Assembly (NCBI GenBank): GCA_964613395.1
Contig: CAZTGO010000010.1
Span: forward strand, 794-64,793
Direction of reading: 5' to 3'
Origin: an uncultured Candidatus Poseidoniales archaeon
GTDB lineage: Archaea; Thermoplasmatota; Poseidoniia; Poseidoniales; Poseidoniaceae
Length of the DNA stretch: 64,000 bases
Shown here: one piece after another, positions 18,194-27,480 of the stretch
Layout: every line of letters starts with the position of its first letter
Position numbering within the stretch: the first letter of the stretch is position 1
Notes under the pieces: generated by a model
What the model saw: only the letters and a program-made list of their open reading frames with translations
Database searches by the model: none
Told to the model about the DNA's origin: nothing
Translations under genes and position numbers: made by a program

Positions 18194-20206
18194 GCCTTCC
18201 AATGCATCATTGGTCGAGAATATTTTCTCAAGTCCATTCAATTCAGAAGAAAGCCCTTCGTGTAAGGGAGATGATGCAGTGTTGATGAGATCATGAGCCA
18301 TTCTCAGACCAACTGGAGCAGTGAATTTTAATGATTTCATTTGTCTTGTAACAATCTTATCCGCTTCATCGAATCCTTGAGGACATTGATGATTAAGTAA
18401 GGATTCCATATTTTCATCCGAATAGAAAGACTGTGCAAACTGAACCACTTCAGATTCCGGATTATTTGGTTTTCCTTTGTACTTTAATTCTGGTTTCCCT
18501 TGAATCGATTCGATGCAAGAATCCACATCTGAAACCTCAACGAGATGTGTGAGCAATCCAACATCGTACGCAGTTTTTGCATCCATGAAATTACCTGCAA
18601 GCACAGCCCACCGAGCAACTGCTTTACCGCACAAACGTGCTGGGCGTTGAGTACCACCTAAACCAGGGTAAATTCCAATACTTGTTTCAGGGAATCTAAA
18701 TTGTGTTTTTCGAGTGCCGATTCTATAATCACACGCCATAGCTAATTCAAGTCCGCCTCCGAGGGCAAGTCCAGTTGTGAGAGCAATTGTTGTTTTCTTG
18801 GAGTTTTCGAAGGCATTAAGGACATCGTGACCGTTGGCAGTAAAATCGTAAATATCCTGAAAATCATCTGAACGAATCTTGTCAACGAAGAATTTGACAT
18901 CTGCACCAGCGACAAAGGCCTTACCTGCTCCATCAAGCACAATTGTATGCACATCAGGGTTGGATTCTAATGCATTAAATTGTTTCATGAGTTGGTCGAC
19001 CACTTGAACATTAAGAGCGTTCATTGCTTCTGGTCGATTGATGGTGAGTGTGGCAATCCCCCCTTCAATTGTCGTGTCAACGAAGGTAAATGCCCAAGGT
19101 TGATCACCTTGGTCGATGAAAAATTGTGGTACGTCCCAACCATGTTTTGCTATGTTTCGATAAGCAAGTGCCATCTCAAGCGAACGCTGAACACCAAGAC
19201 GATTCATCAATTCAAATGGGCCAAGGGCCCAACGAAGTCCAACCTTTGCACCTCTGTCAACGTCTTCAATTGAACAAACACCTTCGTCCACAATCTGTGC
19301 TGCGACACCAAAGACCACGCCAAGAAGACGTTCTGAGATGGTAGCATACTGTTCTTCTGTGTATGATTCGTCTTCTTGGATATCCCACATGTGTTGGCCT
19401 TCGACCAAATCTCTCAAATTTTGAGCACCGGTGTATCTCGGTGTTGACAACTGAGTAGCGAGATAATCGGTAGAGTGCAATGCGATCGGTGGACCGGTCA
19501 AATTCATGAGACCAAACGGCCCTAGGCCAATTCGGAATGCTTTCCTTGCAACTGCATCAATTTGCGCTGTTGTTCCAACACCTTCCTCGAGAAGATAACA
19601 AGCCTCATTCAACCAAGGCACAAAAAACCGATTGACAACGAATCCAGGTCGATCTGCGCACGTGATAACAACTTTGCCAAGTCCTTTGCAGTACTGCACA
19701 ACTCTGTCAAGTGTCTCTTTTGATGTGCTTTTTGCTGGTATGACTTCTACCAGTCTGTTTTTTGCTGGATGATAAAAGAAGTGAAGGCCCACAAATCGAT
19801 CTGGTCGTCCAGTCGCTTGTGCTAGTTCGTTAACAGAAAGAGACGATGTATTCGATGCGAGGATTGTATGAGGAGAACATACGCCATCCAATGTTGCAAA
19901 CACCTGTGTTTTGATGTCAAAATCCTCGAACACAGCCTCGATCACTAAATCAGTGTCTTTGTTTGTATTTTCAACACCGACAACACCTGAAATTCTCGAT
20001 TGGATGGCATCAACCTGCTCTTGTCGGAAAATCCGACGTTCAATCGCTTCACTCAAAAAATCGGAAATGATGGATTGGCCACGTTCAACCCATTGAGACT
20101 CCCTGTCAACCATTTCAACGTCAAATTCCTCTTGTGCTGTTTTTTGTGCAATGCCTGAACCCATGTTTCCTGCACCGATGATTGCAACCCTTTGAATTGG
20201 TTCCAT
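18146..20206 (-). CDS. Fused 3-hydroxyacyl-CoA dehydrogenase (N-terminal) / enoyl-CoA hydratase (C-terminal)
   Basis: VAIIGAGNMGSGIAQ (NAD Rossmann) and the HAD C-domain, then ITINRPEAMNALN...GAGKAFVAGADVKFF and GGGLELAMACDYRIG (crotonase fold). The track ORF starts at TTG 20233; the ATG at 20206 is preferred. Confidence 0.9.
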   Translation of the reverse strand: MEPIQRVAIIGAGNMGSGIAQKTAQEEFDVEMVDRESQWVERGQSIISDFLSEAIERRIFRQEQVDAIQSRISGVVGVENTNKDTDLVIEAVFEDFDIKTQVFATLDGVCSPHTILASNTSSLSVNELAQATGRPDRFVGLHFFYHPAKNRLVEVIPAKSTSKETLDRVVQYCKGLGKVVITCADRPGFVVNRFFVPWLNEACYLLEEGVGTTAQIDAVARKAFRIGLGPFGLMNLTGPPIALHSTDYLATQLSTPRYTGAQNLRDLVEGQHMWDIQEDESYTEEQYATISERLLGVVFGVAAQIVDEGVCSIEDVDRGAKVGLRWALGPFELMNRLGVQRSLEMALAYRNIAKHGWDVPQFFIDQGDQPWAFTFVDTTIEGGIATLTINRPEAMNALNVQVVDQLMKQFNALESNPDVHTIVLDGAGKAFVAGADVKFFVDKIRSDDFQDIYDFTANGHDVLNAFENSKKTTIALTTGLALGGGLELAMACDYRIGTRKTQFRFPETSIGIYPGLGGTQRPARLCGKAVARWAVLAGNFMDAKTAYDVGLLTHLVEVSDVDSCIESIQGKPELKYKGKPNNPESEVVQFAQSFYSDENMESLLNHQCPQGFDEADKIVTRQMKSLKFTAPVGLRMAHDLINTASSPLHEGLSSELNGLEKIFSTNDALEGLSALIEGRKPTYVGN

Positions 20207-20244
20207 GGGATACCCGAAAGAAAAAGACTTCAAGAATGTGAGGG

Positions 20245-21489
20245 CTATGAAATTTTGAGAACTTCATTCAAAGCGTTTGAGAGTGTAGTGCAATACGTGC
20301 TTTTTGAAAACTGTTCAATGACCGACTCATCCAGCTGGAAGGGTTGTCGAAGTCCATCTCGTTGCTCCCATTTTTGATGCACTTCTTTCAAATGTTTCAC
20401 CCAAAGTGAAACATCTTTACCATCAATGCACATTTCATCGGGGACGAATTCATTGTGTGCTGCAAAATTTGAACACAAGACAGGTAACCCAGCCATCATA
20501 GCCTCAAGAGGAGGATAACCAAAACCTTCTGCAGCAGAAGGGAAGAGCAACACCTCAGAATTCCATCGCATGCAGTTAAGTGAAGAATCATCAATTGGTC
20601 CGTTATGATACAACCATTGTATACCAGCATTTCTTGCTTCCTCGGCAATGTCGAGACCCGTTTCATGACAAACCTTGGATCCTACATGATGAATGACAAT
20701 ATCTTGAAGAGATTCCGACTCTAATTTTCGTAAGCATTCGATAAGAAATTTCAATCGCTTTCGTGGTTCATTGCTTCCGACGACAAGGAGGTTACACTTT
20801 TTTTTGTCAAATTGTTGTGGAAAATTGTTTTTCGATTCCTCGAACTTATACTCCTCGGCGTTCACAGGGAATGCGATGACAGTCGTTGGAATGTCTGGGA
20901 AATATTGCTGGCAAAATCGTTGGGTAGCCTCCGAATTGCAAAAGAAAAAATCTGCTCGGGATAATCCTTTTTTCAATTTTTTAAGGTCGCGTTTGCGAAG
21001 TAAACCTGGATGACGTTGTCCGATACTCACCTCGCCTTCTGGAAAATCTTCGACCGTTGGGAAAATGTGAAACAAATCATGCACATAGATACCAACGGGA
21101 ATGTTAGAATGAAGCGGTATGAGGTGGCTTTGTTCCTGGTCTGTAACAAGCGCTAGGTCTGAGGATTGAGGAATATTGAGGTGTTTTTTTACTCGCTTCG
21201 GGTGAGAATACCACCGATTTCTTAATCTCGCTACACTTGATAGTTCTGATGTTGAGCCGTATTCCAACGTCGTGCTGTGCTTCCATCCTTTGACTTCGTC
21301 GTTCTGTAAAACTTCAAGCATATCGTGATAACCCTTGCCGAGGCCAGAGAATTTGCTCATCGCACCTCCGCGAATAAGCGTAATGCGTCGGCTCATCAGT
21401 AAGAATGGAGGGGCTTTCCTACTTGAATCAAACACATATTTGGTCAATTTGGAGTTGATTTCACTTACTTTACTAATGAAAGCACTCAT
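20245..21489 (-). CDS. Glycosyltransferase, GT4 family
   Basis: FPSAAEGFGYPPLEAMMAGLPVLCSNFAAHNEFV. The start is uncertain: TTG 21498, ATG 21489, or ATG 21396 (MSRRITLIRGG). The last would leave a more usual divergent promoter gap. Confidence 0.85.
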   Translation of the reverse strand: MSAFISKVSEINSKLTKYVFDSSRKAPPFLLMSRRITLIRGGAMSKFSGLGKGYHDMLEVLQNDEVKGWKHSTTLEYGSTSELSSVARLRNRWYSHPKRVKKHLNIPQSSDLALVTDQEQSHLIPLHSNIPVGIYVHDLFHIFPTVEDFPEGEVSIGQRHPGLLRKRDLKKLKKGLSRADFFFCNSEATQRFCQQYFPDIPTTVIAFPVNAEEYKFEESKNNFPQQFDKKKCNLLVVGSNEPRKRLKFLIECLRKLESESLQDIVIHHVGSKVCHETGLDIAEEARNAGIQWLYHNGPIDDSSLNCMRWNSEVLLFPSAAEGFGYPPLEAMMAGLPVLCSNFAAHNEFVPDEMCIDGKDVSLWVKHLKEVHQKWEQRDGLRQPFQLDESVIEQFSKSTYCTTLSNALNEVLKIS

Positions 21490-21519
21490 ATAAGCCAAAC
21501 ATGACGGTGGTTTGTTCCT

Positions 21520-21975
21520 ATGCCAGAGCCCCCTCTCCTTCTAGAAAAACAGTCATTTGAGAAGATTGAGAGGCTTATTGAGCAAACCGTCGAGAATGGT
21601 GGAGAGATTCGTTCTGAACTAGCAAAACACTCAACAGGTGTTGATCACACTGTTGAATGGGAGGTTCAGGCGGCTGTTGAGGCATTGAATGTTTTCGGTT
21701 CCCGATGGACGATTGAAATTCTCTCAACGCTATACATAGCAAAAATAATGCGATTTAATGAAATGAAAGTTCTTCTCTCTGGTATTTCTTCACGAACTTT
21801 GTCTGACAAACTGCAGTTCCTCATGAGCGAAGGTCTTGTAGAACGTATTGTCGATGATGGCCCTCCAATTCGAGTCCATTACCAACTTAGCAGTCATGGC
21901 ATCCAGTGCGGGCGATTGCTTTCTCCTTTGGTCGCTCACCTCAAAATTCTTCAAGGTTCAGTCAAAAATTCTTAG
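21520..21975 (+). CDS. HxlR-family winged-helix transcriptional regulator
   Basis: FGSRWTIEILSTL...MRFNEMKVLLSGISSRTLSDKLQFLMSEGLVERIV...VHYQLSSHG is the canonical HxlR pattern. Confidence 0.85.
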   Translation: MPEPPLLLEKQSFEKIERLIEQTVENGGEIRSELAKHSTGVDHTVEWEVQAAVEALNVFGSRWTIEILSTLYIAKIMRFNEMKVLLSGISSRTLSDKLQFLMSEGLVERIVDDGPPIRVHYQLSSHGIQCGRLLSPLVAHLKILQGSVKNS

Positions 21976-21976
21976 A

Positions 21977-22705
21977 ATGAATCAAAAGGCCGATGATTTA
22001 ACATATAGTAGGTCTGAATTCTTCTCCATGGCACTTCTCTCTCAGTGGATGAGACAGCGGCCGTGGATGGCTGCTGGCTTCGCTGGAGCTACAAGCACTG
22101 CCGTCAATATAGCAAACGGCTTCATCACCGCTGCTGGGGCAGTAGGTGCGATGGCTATAGGAAGCATTTCGACACGCTTTCCATCTTCTGAACATCCACA
22201 ACGTCGGAGAATTCTACGGACGCTAGACGAATATCCGGGGTTATGTTATCGTGAATTACAAGCAGTCCTAAATGCTGCAAATGGAACACTACGACATCAT
22301 CTAGATGTACTTCAACAACAAAAAGCGATCACCGTCGTCCCTGTAAACGGCCGGACTTGCTACTTTGCTGGGATGCCAAGTCAAATCGAAGAATTGCGAG
22401 GAGCACTTGTCAGTGTGGAGCGTGCTGCTACATACCTTCCAATCGGATTATCAACGGTGCAGAAATCAATTCTTGAGAGTATTGAATTGGATGGTGTACC
22501 AAAGTCACAAGCCCAATTAGCACGCCGCCTTGGCCGGACGAGAGCAACTGTTCACTCGGCTGTGAAGGTTCTTCGTCGACGAGGAATTCTCCATGAAGAT
22601 GTTTTGGATATCATGCCTCATATCGATCTCTCAATCAGATGGACTGGTCAAAATAAAATCGATTACGAGGCCTACGACGACCGTTACGATGGTCACAAAA
22701 TCTAA
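21977..22705 (+). CDS. Putative regulator with Gly/Ala-rich hydrophobic N-terminus and two winged-helix domains
   Basis: An ArsR-like block RRILRTLDEYPGLCYRELQAVLNAANGTLRHHLDVLQQQKAI and a second HTH KSQAQLARRLGRTRATVHSAVKVLRRRGIL. The track ORF (21848) overlaps hxlR; the in-frame ATG at 21977 is chosen. Confidence 0.6.
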   Translation: MNQKADDLTYSRSEFFSMALLSQWMRQRPWMAAGFAGATSTAVNIANGFITAAGAVGAMAIGSISTRFPSSEHPQRRRILRTLDEYPGLCYRELQAVLNAANGTLRHHLDVLQQQKAITVVPVNGRTCYFAGMPSQIEELRGALVSVERAATYLPIGLSTVQKSILESIELDGVPKSQAQLARRLGRTRATVHSAVKVLRRRGILHEDVLDIMPHIDLSIRWTGQNKIDYEAYDDRYDGHKI

Positions 22706-22762
22706 CGCTTGAGCGATAATTATTGCGTAGTATTCAAAGACTCGTGAGGCACACAGGAGACT

Positions 22763-23884
22763 ATGTTCTCACTGCGGTTAACTGAAATCGCACTCCCTGC
22801 TCAAACAAATGATGCGGATGCGCTCATTGATTGGTTGATTGAAACGCTATCACTGGTTCGAAAACGTGGAGATGAAACTTCTGACAAAGGAAGAGCAGGT
22901 CCAGTGCATCGAATGCTCAAAGATTACCTCCTTACTCATCCACAAAAGGGCTGGGATTCTCAAATTCTCGCTCATGAATTAGGGCTTACATCGGCCTCCC
23001 TTAATCACCACCTCAAACGACTTGTTGAGGCTGGAATAATCGGTTTTAGTACGGAAGATAAAGGATGGAGAAAATACTACGTTCGAGGAGGTAGTCTTGT
23101 CAATGCATTGGAGTTCTTTGTTTCAAATTGTTCTATTCTGGCCAAACAACGCCTTGCTTTCCTCGACACATATTGGAAACGCCAACCACAACCACTCCCC
23201 CTCGAATTACCCGAAGAAGAACATGCCTTATTCTCTATAGGCTTGTGTGATATGAGACCAGTTTCAAATCAGACTGGTGCAGACGAACTTAGTCAGTGGA
23301 TGGGTGACTTTGGCTTGCTGGGCGAGAGGCCCGGTAAAGAATTGATGAAGGGGTCCATTTCATCATCCCTATTTCGATGCATGCTTGAACGAAATGAACC
23401 GATATCTCTCGATGAAGCACATGAAATGTTCGGAGGTCAAAAAGCGAGGTTAGGACGAATTATGGAACGATTCCGAAGCAGCGGGATGGTCGAACGTGTG
23501 GCTCGTACAGATCGATTGCCAGTTTCACTATGGTCTGCAATGACAAGCCAATTCCAGAAAAGAGGCGAGGATTGGTTGTTGAAAAAAGGTGGATTTCAGC
23601 GCATCCTTTCCAACGACCAACAGAACAAATTGCTGACCAAACTGCAAAAGAATTCGTTGAGCGTAAACGATGTTGAGACAATCCTCAACGGTACAGATGC
23701 CTCTGAACAAATGTTGTTACTCAACTTACTCGGTGGCCGTTTACCGCTTGGATATCGGCTCGCAGGCCGAGAGCCGAAAGAAATTACAAAACGCGTGATG
23801 TTAAGATTAGAACGTCTTTTTTCAAGGTTTGAACGAGTCGCAAGAAACCTCGACAAATTACTTCTTCATGAGGAAAACACATGA
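22763..23884 (+). CDS. Putative wHTH (ArsR-like) DNA-binding protein, 373 aa
   Basis: WDSQILAHELGLTSASLNHHLKRLVEAGIIGF is followed by a second HTH-like segment (GQKARLGRIMERFRSSGMVERV). GGAG lies upstream of the ATG. The stop overlaps the dus ATG (ATGA). Confidence 0.6.
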   Translation: MFSLRLTEIALPAQTNDADALIDWLIETLSLVRKRGDETSDKGRAGPVHRMLKDYLLTHPQKGWDSQILAHELGLTSASLNHHLKRLVEAGIIGFSTEDKGWRKYYVRGGSLVNALEFFVSNCSILAKQRLAFLDTYWKRQPQPLPLELPEEEHALFSIGLCDMRPVSNQTGADELSQWMGDFGLLGERPGKELMKGSISSSLFRCMLERNEPISLDEAHEMFGGQKARLGRIMERFRSSGMVERVARTDRLPVSLWSAMTSQFQKRGEDWLLKKGGFQRILSNDQQNKLLTKLQKNSLSVNDVETILNGTDASEQMLLLNLLGGRLPLGYRLAGREPKEITKRVMLRLERLFSRFERVARNLDKLLLHEENT

Positions 23885-24912
23885 GTCAATTTATCACCAA
23901 AAAATTGGGAGAGTGGGCTGGGGAACCACGACCTCTCTTTCTTGCACCGATGGCTGGTGTCTCTGATTTACCATTTCGATTGCTTGCAAAAGATTGCGGA
24001 GCTGATGTAACGATCACTGAATTTACGAATTCAACTGCATTGACCCGCGAAGCGGCTGTCTCATGGAGAAAAATGGAGTCGGATGAGCGAGAAATTCCAT
24101 TCATTCCCCAGATTTTCGGAGGAGATTTCGACGACATGAGTACTGCGGCTCAAATGCTGGAATCAAGTGCAGATATTATTGACCTGAATTTTGGCTGCCC
24201 TGCTCCAAAAGTAACCAGAATTTGTGCTGGAGCAGCCCTGATGGGCGAACCAGACACGCTGGTTGAAATGGTGTCGAGGATTGTTGATTCGGTCTCCATC
24301 CCAGTGACTGCAAAGATGAGATTAGGTACAGGAAGAGAAGAAAATAATGCAACTGAAATTTGCCAGCGATTACAAGATGTTGGCGCTCAGCGATTGTGTA
24401 TCCACGGTAGAACCCTCAAACAACGCTACCAAGGGAACGCAAACTGGGTTGCAATCGAAGAAGCCGTTCATGCTGTTGAAGTTCCAGTCGTAGCGAATGG
24501 TGATGTGGTCGATGCAGCATCCGCAGCAGCATGCTTTGAACAAACTGAAGCCTCTGGTCTAATGATTGGTCGTGGTGCTATTGGAAGACCTTCTGTTTTC
24601 GCTGATATCAAAGTCGGCCTCGGTTGGATGAAAGAGGAAGAATTACCTTGGGTCAAAGATGAACCAAGATGGTTTGAGATGAATCGAGAACAACAACAAT
24701 TCAAAACTCGTCAATGGTGTTGGGATCGATATATTGACTATGCAAATCAAACAATTGGAATTCAACCTCGATGGATGCAACGACATGCGGTCGCTTTTAC
24801 CAAAGGTTTACCCGGTTCAAAAAAAGTGAGATCAATCATGCATAAACAAGCCACTCCAGATGCAATGGCAGCGGAAATCAGCAGATTTCTCAAAGATGGT
24901 TTTTCGCTCTAG
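23881..24912 (+). CDS. dus: tRNA-dihydrouridine synthase (Dus family, FMN TIM barrel)
   Basis: LAPMAGVSDLPFRLL...DLNFGCPAPKV (catalytic Cys block)...CIHGRT...NGDV. Confidence 0.9.
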   Translation: MSQFITKKLGEWAGEPRPLFLAPMAGVSDLPFRLLAKDCGADVTITEFTNSTALTREAAVSWRKMESDEREIPFIPQIFGGDFDDMSTAAQMLESSADIIDLNFGCPAPKVTRICAGAALMGEPDTLVEMVSRIVDSVSIPVTAKMRLGTGREENNATEICQRLQDVGAQRLCIHGRTLKQRYQGNANWVAIEEAVHAVEVPVVANGDVVDAASAAACFEQTEASGLMIGRGAIGRPSVFADIKVGLGWMKEEELPWVKDEPRWFEMNREQQQFKTRQWCWDRYIDYANQTIGIQPRWMQRHAVAFTKGLPGSKKVRSIMHKQATPDAMAAEISRFLKDGFSL

Positions 24913-25517
24913 AATGTTGAAAGCCACTGGTCGAGATCTTGTTCGGAAGCCCATTGTTCATCGGTGGTTGCACCACGAATTTTCAAAACCTCACGTGCGA
25001 GCAAGTAGTACACAAGTGCAAGAGAGCGTCGACCTTTGTTGTTTGCGGGTAGTGCAACATCCACATTTCTGAGGTTGTTGTTTGCATCAACAATGCCAAC
25101 AATAGGAAGGCCTGAGTTGACTGCTTCAATGAGTGCTTGTTGGTCGGCAGCGGGGTCTGTAACGAATAAGATGTCTGGTTCGACATACGAACGAAGCGAT
25201 GGGTTAGTGAGTGAGCCTGGAATAAATCGGCCGACAGATGCGTGTGCACCAATTGCTTCAGCAAACATTCGAGCAGGTCGTTGTCCATATTGACGAGCGG
25301 AGACGACCATGATTGAAGGTGGGTCGTATGTGTTGAGCATGGCTGCAATCGAACGAATTCGGTGGTCTGTCATGTTCACATTGAGCATGTACAAGCCGTC
25401 TTCTCGCACTCTCTCGATGAATCTTTGCATGTCTGCACTCTTTTGTTGAGTACCAATATTCACTGCGTTTTCTTCATAGAGGTCGGGTGCAATTAGCAAC
25501 TCAGTTTCTTCACTCAT
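24909..25517 (-). CDS. rps2: 30S ribosomal protein uS2 (archaeal S2/SA type)
   Basis: GRFIPGSLTNP...EPDILFVTDP...EAVNSGLPIVGIVDANNNLRNVDVALPANNKGRRSLALVYYLLAREVL. The track start is TTG 25523; an ATG lies at 25517. Confidence 0.95.
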   Translation of the reverse strand: MSEETELLIAPDLYEENAVNIGTQQKSADMQRFIERVREDGLYMLNVNMTDHRIRSIAAMLNTYDPPSIMVVSARQYGQRPARMFAEAIGAHASVGRFIPGSLTNPSLRSYVEPDILFVTDPAADQQALIEAVNSGLPIVGIVDANNNLRNVDVALPANNKGRRSLALVYYLLAREVLKIRGATTDEQWASEQDLDQWLSTF

Positions 25518-25593
25518 GTGCAATCCTCGGGGTTTGAGCCACCAACAGCCCCTATTAAACCGCTTCGCAGGATGAAATCGTTAGAGGGTTTTG

Positions 25594-26802
25594 ATGCAAG
25601 CAGATTTATGTTTCATAACTTTGCAAGAAAACTTGGGGGGTGCTTTCTTGAGTGTGGTCTACGAGAGGATAAAAGCGTCTCCAAACGAGTTTGGGTATTT
25701 CCAAGATGATTCGGGCAATGTCCTTGAAGTCAGTGCGAGCGATGTTGAGAAGTTCACATATTGCCCATTATCTTGGGCTTTGTCAAAAAGTGGAGTTGTC
25801 GGAGAAGGAGCATCGCTCACCGAAGGAATCGAACGAAACGAAGAGATTTCAAAGGCCGCATTAGAACTCACAGAAAACCAAATCCGTGAACGCAGAAACC
25901 TTGAGATTTGGACTTGGTGGGTTGGGATTGTGATTATTCTCTGCATCGATGGATTTGTTTTTCTCAACATTGAAAACTTTCAAGCAAAAACCAACGAAAT
26001 CACAAGATACCTTGCACTTTGGGCACTCAGTTCACTCATCCTTGCAATTTTGACAATCCTTTTACCCTGGCGAAGTTGGATTAATTTAGAGAAATCAAAC
26101 AACGATGACCCTGTCCTCATCGAGCCAATTTTTGAACCACCTGATTTTATCGGTGGTTGGTTTGAAGGGGGTAGGATCGAATCTGCATTACTCATTGGGG
26201 CCATCATATTAGCCCTCCATTCCATAGCATTACAGTGGGCAAACGATAAGGAAAAAGCTGCGTTTATTCTTACCGTAACTGCACTCCTATGGACCTTGCT
26301 TGCTACTTATAGACTCAAAAAAGCATTGATTGCCCACGAACAGATGATCAAATTGAGCACTGTCATTGGTATCGACTTGAGCACACAAGTTGTGTACGCA
26401 GATTCAGATGATGTGAAAGAAGCATTACTCATCGACCAAGAATCTGGCCTGCGTGGTCGACCAAATCAAATTGTCATTATCGACCAAGAATTCATTCCTG
26501 TTGAACAAAAGTCTGGAAGACCTCCCAAATTTCCACACGAGAGTCACAAACTTCAAGTTTTATCTTATCTCAAACTTGTCGAAGTTTCGACTGGCCATGC
26601 ACCTACTTACGGGGTGATTAATTACGGTAATGAGAAGGTGTTCAAGGTGTTGTGGAATGATGAAAATAAGAAACTACTTGATGATCAAATCAAGAATATA
26701 CATCACGCCATGGTGTTTGGAGACGTTCACAGGAACCATGAACGAATCGGTAAATGCAAGAACTGCTCGAGGGCACATGCGTGTCCAGAACGACTTCATT
26801 AG
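25594..26802 (+). CDS. Cas4-family PD-(D/E)xK nuclease with four internal transmembrane helices (orphan, not CRISPR-linked)
   Basis: N-terminal FTYCPLSW (Cys1), LRGRPNQIVIID...PVEQKSG (motifs II/III), QVLSY (QxxxY) and CKNCSRAHAC (CxxCx5C). Between Cys1 and the core lie four hydrophobic helices, about aa 105-240. Confidence 0.7.
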   Translation: MQADLCFITLQENLGGAFLSVVYERIKASPNEFGYFQDDSGNVLEVSASDVEKFTYCPLSWALSKSGVVGEGASLTEGIERNEEISKAALELTENQIRERRNLEIWTWWVGIVIILCIDGFVFLNIENFQAKTNEITRYLALWALSSLILAILTILLPWRSWINLEKSNNDDPVLIEPIFEPPDFIGGWFEGGRIESALLIGAIILALHSIALQWANDKEKAAFILTVTALLWTLLATYRLKKALIAHEQMIKLSTVIGIDLSTQVVYADSDDVKEALLIDQESGLRGRPNQIVIIDQEFIPVEQKSGRPPKFPHESHKLQVLSYLKLVEVSTGHAPTYGVINYGNEKVFKVLWNDENKKLLDDQIKNIHHAMVFGDVHRNHERIGKCKNCSRAHACPERLH

Positions 26803-27332
26803 AAGCAACTGTCCTCGAGAGGATACTGAATGCATGATTTTTCAACGGTGACACGCAAACTGAATTCGTCTTTTATTTGGTTGACAAAACTCTCTCCATA
26901 ACCACGTGCTTCAACATTCAGAACCCACTCGCCCATGGCAAATGACGGGGCTGGCAACAGTTGCTTTTCAGTCGGTTCATAGTCCGAACTTACATCCTCC
27001 TGCCATTGTACAACGCCCTCTGCATCTGTGAGAGAAGCCCGAACAAATTGGGTTTGGTTAAGAAGTGGTGGAGCGTTGAAATTCACTTTCAGATAGATAC
27101 TGATGCGGTTTGTCGAGTCATCAACAATGAATGTCTGTCTCGAGGTAAATGGTTGAGCCTCAATGGTGTCCCATACTTGCGAGATTGATATTTTTTCATA
27201 ACGAATACTCGGGATTGCTGGCTCTCTAAGTTCTTCGATTGACTCTCGTGCAAGGATGAGGCCCATACATCCGCTTAGCATTGATGTTGTGAGCAACAAT
27301 ATGGCTGCGATAATAGTAATTCTTCGCACCAT
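26799..27332 (-). CDS. Putative lipoprotein, unknown function
   Basis: Signal peptide with lipobox MVRRITIIAAILLLTTSMLSGC. The mature part is 155 aa and rich in beta-strand propensity. Confidence 0.65.
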   Translation of the reverse strand: MVRRITIIAAILLLTTSMLSGCMGLILARESIEELREPAIPSIRYEKISISQVWDTIEAQPFTSRQTFIVDDSTNRISIYLKVNFNAPPLLNQTQFVRASLTDAEGVVQWQEDVSSDYEPTEKQLLPAPSFAMGEWVLNVEARGYGESFVNQIKDEFSLRVTVEKSCIQYPLEDSCF

Positions 27333-27480
27333 GACTCGCCATGAACCCGAGTTTTATCAATCTCTTGGGCAGTCATCGCTGTATTGATACAACCGAAGGT
27401 CGTGGCATGTCTTGCCTGAATGACGCTAATGGAAACCGAGCCTCGGCTGTGACGAACCCTATGAATGCTGACAGGCACCT

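Noticed and set aside
21848-21976. A 43-aa upstream extension of the dual-wHTH ORF that overlaps hxlR.
   Set aside because: It overlaps 128 nt of a well-supported HxlR gene in another frame. An in-frame ATG at 21977 sits 1 nt after the hxlR stop.
25524-27480. A possible CRISPR-Cas locus because of the Cas4-like gene.
   Set aside because: I saw no direct-repeat array and no cas1, cas2 or effector genes in the flanks. I therefore treat it as a solo Cas4-family nuclease.
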